A DNA stretch of 64,000 bases from Streptomyces virus Wollford. Lineage: Duplodnaviria; Heunggongvirae; Uroviricota; Caudoviricetes. The position numbers and the translations under genes are program-made. Below are positions 61,170-64,000 of this stretch, in pieces. Location of the stretch: IMG/VR virus record IMGVR_UViG_2974628344_000001, positions 60,329-124,328 of that record; one strand, given 5' to 3'. The first letter of the stretch is position 1, and every line of letters begins with the position of its first letter. Below the pieces are notes generated by a model. It searched no databases. It was not told where the DNA came from and saw only the letters and a list, made by a program, of their open reading frames with translations.

Positions 61170-62045
61170 TTGTATCATATAAGACTCATAGACATAACCA
61201 TATAAGACAGACTAAACAGAAAGCCCTACAAGCCCTTGTAATAAAGAAGGCATAGTCAGAGACACCAATCATTTAAAGCATTGTGAGAAGTGAACGTAGG
61301 CATGCTAGTGGCCTTGTTGAGAGCACTATATAAGACGTGTTCATAGTGGATAGAAGAAGGAAGTGTCAACCAATGGTTGTCAACTTATCCACAGCCTGTG
61401 GATAACTTTCTGAGATTCACATTTAATCTTCTATTGATACACTAACTAAAAGATAGTGTGTAATGATTGGGGTAATTGAACGCGTTCAAAAAGCACATTT
61501 CCTTACATTCATAGGTAAGAAGGGGGTTCCAGCCTTAGAATCACAGCCAAAATAGCCAGCCAGCCTAATAAACTATGGATTCAAGGGCATAATGGGCCTC
61601 TAAAAACCAGCAAAAATAGCCCCAAAACCTATGAAATCTGTCAATAATCGGCCCAAATCCTTAGAAAACACGGCATTTCTGCACATTTTTGGATGCATTC
61701 GTAAAGGGCATGCCAGATAGACCTTAGAATCATAGCTATGCATGCCTATTTTGCCTTCGATTCGTAAGTCAGCCCACTATGACAGCCAAAGTATGCAGCC
61801 ATGCTATACAGCCTGAGTATCTGATTGAATATTCAGACAAGACATGTTGGTTGTAGTCTTATATGGGGAATTAAAGCCCGGTGGGTATATATGCTTTGTT
61901 CTATGTCTTATATAGAAGGACACCTAACACCACCGGCCAACAATCTCTCCTTGTCCTATGTCTTATATCGTAAAACAGAAGAAGCCTCCCAAAAGCGGGA
62001 GGCTTTGTTTGCTTTCAGCTTGGATATGTCTTATATAAGACAGCA
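61170..62045. repeat. dispersed short repeats (TCTTATAT/ATATAAGAC at least 7 copies; CCTTAGAATCA 3 copies; CATTCGTAAA 4 copies) in ORF-poor tract
   Basis: tatgtcttatata at 61900, 61960, 62020; atataagac at 61182, 61204, 61327; ccttagaatca at 61532, 61715; cattcgtaaa at 61697, 62097, 62144. Confidence 0.55.
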
Positions 62046-62383
62046 GCAATAAATGATCTTCAATTCTAATTGGTAAATCGCCCGGGTTTTCAGGCTCATT
62101 CGTAAAGACGCTTGATCAAATATCGCTGGGAAATTTTGGACTCATTCGTAAACGGGAAAAATTCGGACATGATGGGTCAAATCAAAATATAGATGTACAG
62201 TGATGATGTTAGTTAGGGTAGGTAATGAACCGGGGCGGTCATCTTCGATGACATTGAAAGGTTCCTGGGCTGCTGCCGACCATCAGCTATTTAACCCCTT
62301 GCCCGACTGGACTGATAGGGGGCCCAGGAACACACCTTACTACCCTACTACAATAGTGTAACAAGGCAGTCGCTCTGTGTCAA

Positions 62384-62587
62384 TCACCACTCAAGTTCGT
62401 TCTGCACACAGTAGTGAGAGACGAAGGGGACTACCCACTGCTCATTGAGCAACGATCCCTTGACGGGAAGGACAAGGACACGGTCCTTGGAGTTGAACTC
62501 CATTCGATCTCCGTCGATGTTCTCGAAGATCAGTTCGGCTCGACGGTCATCCTCAAGCACGATGACAGTAATGCGCTTAGAAGCCAT
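62384..62587 (-). CDS. hypothetical protein (minus strand)
   Basis: 67-aa ORF; first of the minus-strand, higher-GC block. Confidence 0.4.
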   Translation of the reverse strand: MASKRITVIVLEDDRRAELIFENIDGDRMEFNSKDRVLVLPVKGSLLNEQWVVPFVSHYCVQNELEW

Positions 62588-62695
62588 TAGGTTCCTTCCC
62601 TAGTTGCTTGATACTAGTCTAACAGAGTAGAAGGGGAGTGTCTACCACCGGGCCAAAATAACCGGGGCGGCTAGCGGGCTTTCGCCCGCTGCCTG

Positions 62696-62845
62696 TCAGT
62701 CCTCTTCGCCAAGATCCTTCAACTTGGCAGTTGCTACCTCGTAGACACCCTTCCAGGGCTCGTAGTAGTCCTTGGGCTTCCTGTTGCCCATCGCAACCTG
62801 ACACGAAGCACGAATCAGGCGAAGCTGTTCTACGGTGAACTCCAT
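62696..62845 (-). CDS. hypothetical small protein (minus strand)
   Basis: 49-aa ORF not in track: MEFTVEQLRLIRASCQVAMGNRKPKDYYEPWKGVYEVATAKLKDLGEED. Confidence 0.35.
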   Translation of the reverse strand: MEFTVEQLRLIRASCQVAMGNRKPKDYYEPWKGVYEVATAKLKDLGEED

Positions 62846-62954
62846 GTTTCCTCCTTGGCTGGTAATCAGAGTCTATCAGAACGACACGAGGGTGTCTAGC
62901 CTTTTTCTATTTGACCGGGGCGGCCAAAAGGGCCCCCGAAGGGGCCCTAGTGAC

Positions 62955-63956
62955 TCAGGCAGCCAGAGCCAGACTCAGCACTGCCTTACGGATCTTGTTC
63001 TTGTCAGAGTTGGTGACCGGGTCGAAACCACTCGCCGCAGCGAACAGGTTATCCACGTTGCCGTTACGCGGCATACGGTACCAGTCCAGACGCTCCGTCA
63101 TGGCATTCAGCGCACCGGCCATCGTGCCAGCCAGAGACAGAGTGGTCTTGGGACCGTCACCAGTGTCGGTGAAGATGCCCATGAGCAGGTCACGCTTGTT
63201 GTCCCACTTGACCTGAGAGCCCTTGACGTTCTCCTTGGGACGCTCGCCGTACACCATCTTGATCAGCTCATCGAACTGATTCTTGGTGCACTCAGTGCGG
63301 AACAGTTCGTTCATCTCGCGCTCGAACTCATCCGCGTAGGCGAAGGTGATGTTCAGCGCCTCCCGCGCGGCGGCCATGCGTCCCTCGATAGTCTGAGTGT
63401 GGCGCATCTTGAACGTCTGCTTCACACCGTTACGGAGTGCGAAATTCAGCGTGTTCTGACACACGACACGGACCGGAGTGACACTCGCCTGAACCGCGAG
63501 AGAACCGTCGTGGGAGGTGTTGACCAGCAGATACATGTTGGTCACGTCGGAGTCACCAACCAGAACCTCTCGGCCGATACGCAGAGATCCGAAGACCTGC
63601 GTACCTTCCTTGATAGAACCGGCAGTCTCCCACGTTCCACCACCCGCGAGGATACCGTCACCAAAGGCGAACAGCTCCTCATTCTGCACCACCTTGTACC
63701 GCTCCGCCACGATGCCGAGGCTGTCAGCCTCCTGATCGAACGGGTTGGTACGGATCACCTCGAACATGTTCTTGGAGGTGCGTCCCTTGCGCTCCAGCGG
63801 CTCCAGTCGGACGTTCCAGTCGGACAGGTGGGCCAGACGAAGCATCTCGGAGGTGGTGAGTTCACCTTCGAAGACGGTGCCGAGGTTGTGCCACGCAGGC
63901 TCCAGACGAGAAGCGAACGCGACCTGACCACGGGTACCGATTTCAAGACCGTGCAT
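62955..63956 (-). CDS. DUF932-like phage/plasmid-related protein
   Basis: N-terminal MHGLEIGTRGQVAFASRLEPAWHNLGTVF...LSDWNVRLEPL resembles TIGR03299/DUF932 N-terminus; + strand ORF 62835..63968 is its antisense shadow. Confidence 0.5.
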   Translation of the reverse strand: MHGLEIGTRGQVAFASRLEPAWHNLGTVFEGELTTSEMLRLAHLSDWNVRLEPLERKGRTSKNMFEVIRTNPFDQEADSLGIVAERYKVVQNEELFAFGDGILAGGGTWETAGSIKEGTQVFGSLRIGREVLVGDSDVTNMYLLVNTSHDGSLAVQASVTPVRVVCQNTLNFALRNGVKQTFKMRHTQTIEGRMAAAREALNITFAYADEFEREMNELFRTECTKNQFDELIKMVYGERPKENVKGSQVKWDNKRDLLMGIFTDTGDGPKTTLSLAGTMAGALNAMTERLDWYRMPRNGNVDNLFAAASGFDPVTNSDKNKIRKAVLSLALAA

Positions 63957-64000
63957 TTGTACTCCTAGTGTAGGTGTTTCTTCTAGCTTACTTGCACGGA

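Noticed and set aside
62835-63968. 377-aa + strand ORF at window end
   Set aside because: It is the antisense shadow of the minus-strand DUF932-like gene 62955..63956. It has Arg/Leu/Thr-rich composition typical of reverse-frame reading of GC-rich coding DNA.
1-64000. Integrase/attP, rRNA genes, CRISPR arrays, toxin-antitoxin pairs
   Set aside because: No tyrosine or serine recombinase motifs, rRNA-like sequence, or regularly spaced repeats were seen in any frame. Absence is stated from manual reading only.

Overview
The window looks like part of a phage genome, probably an actinobacteriophage-type virus. The evidence is a WhiB-like regulator, about 12 promoters of the form TTGACA-N17-TA(G/A)NNT, and a probable leaderless start at 55212. 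Almost all genes are on the + strand.

The left 17 kb carries a replication and recombination block: a DnaE-like Pol III alpha fragment cut by the window edge, MazG-like, RecA-like, a Cas4-like nuclease, RuvC-like and a P-loop ATPase. It is followed by terminase small and large subunits, an HNH endonuclease and a vWA protein, a collagen-like fibre protein, a small nucleotidyltransferase and an FtsK-like ATPase.

From about 12.2 kb to 57 kb the sequence is an unusual RNA island. It holds at least 45 tRNA or tRNA-like genes covering nearly all amino acids, including Ile(UAU) and several duplicated anticodons, plus truncated or aberrant tRNA-like elements. These are interleaved with an expanded family of small KOW-like proteins, many tiny Cys-rich zinc-ribbon proteins, and a Ro60/Rsr orthologue with a candidate Y-RNA locus upstream. 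Also in the island are a 5'-end RNA repair pair (RNA ligase and polynucleotide kinase-phosphatase), a DEDDh exonuclease, GNAT, SprT-like, dCMP deaminase, a metallophosphoesterase and a WhiB-like regulator. Two more HNH endonucleases sit in the tRNA arrays next to tRNA fragments.

The right end carries thioredoxin and a NADAR-domain protein. A repeat-dense noncoding tract at 61.1-62.4 kb is followed by higher-GC genes on the minus strand, including a DUF932-like protein. There are many Rho-independent terminators. No CRISPR array, integrase or rRNA was found.

All tRNA anticodon calls were folded by hand. Coordinates are close but the calls should be confirmed with tRNAscan-SE or ARAGORN.
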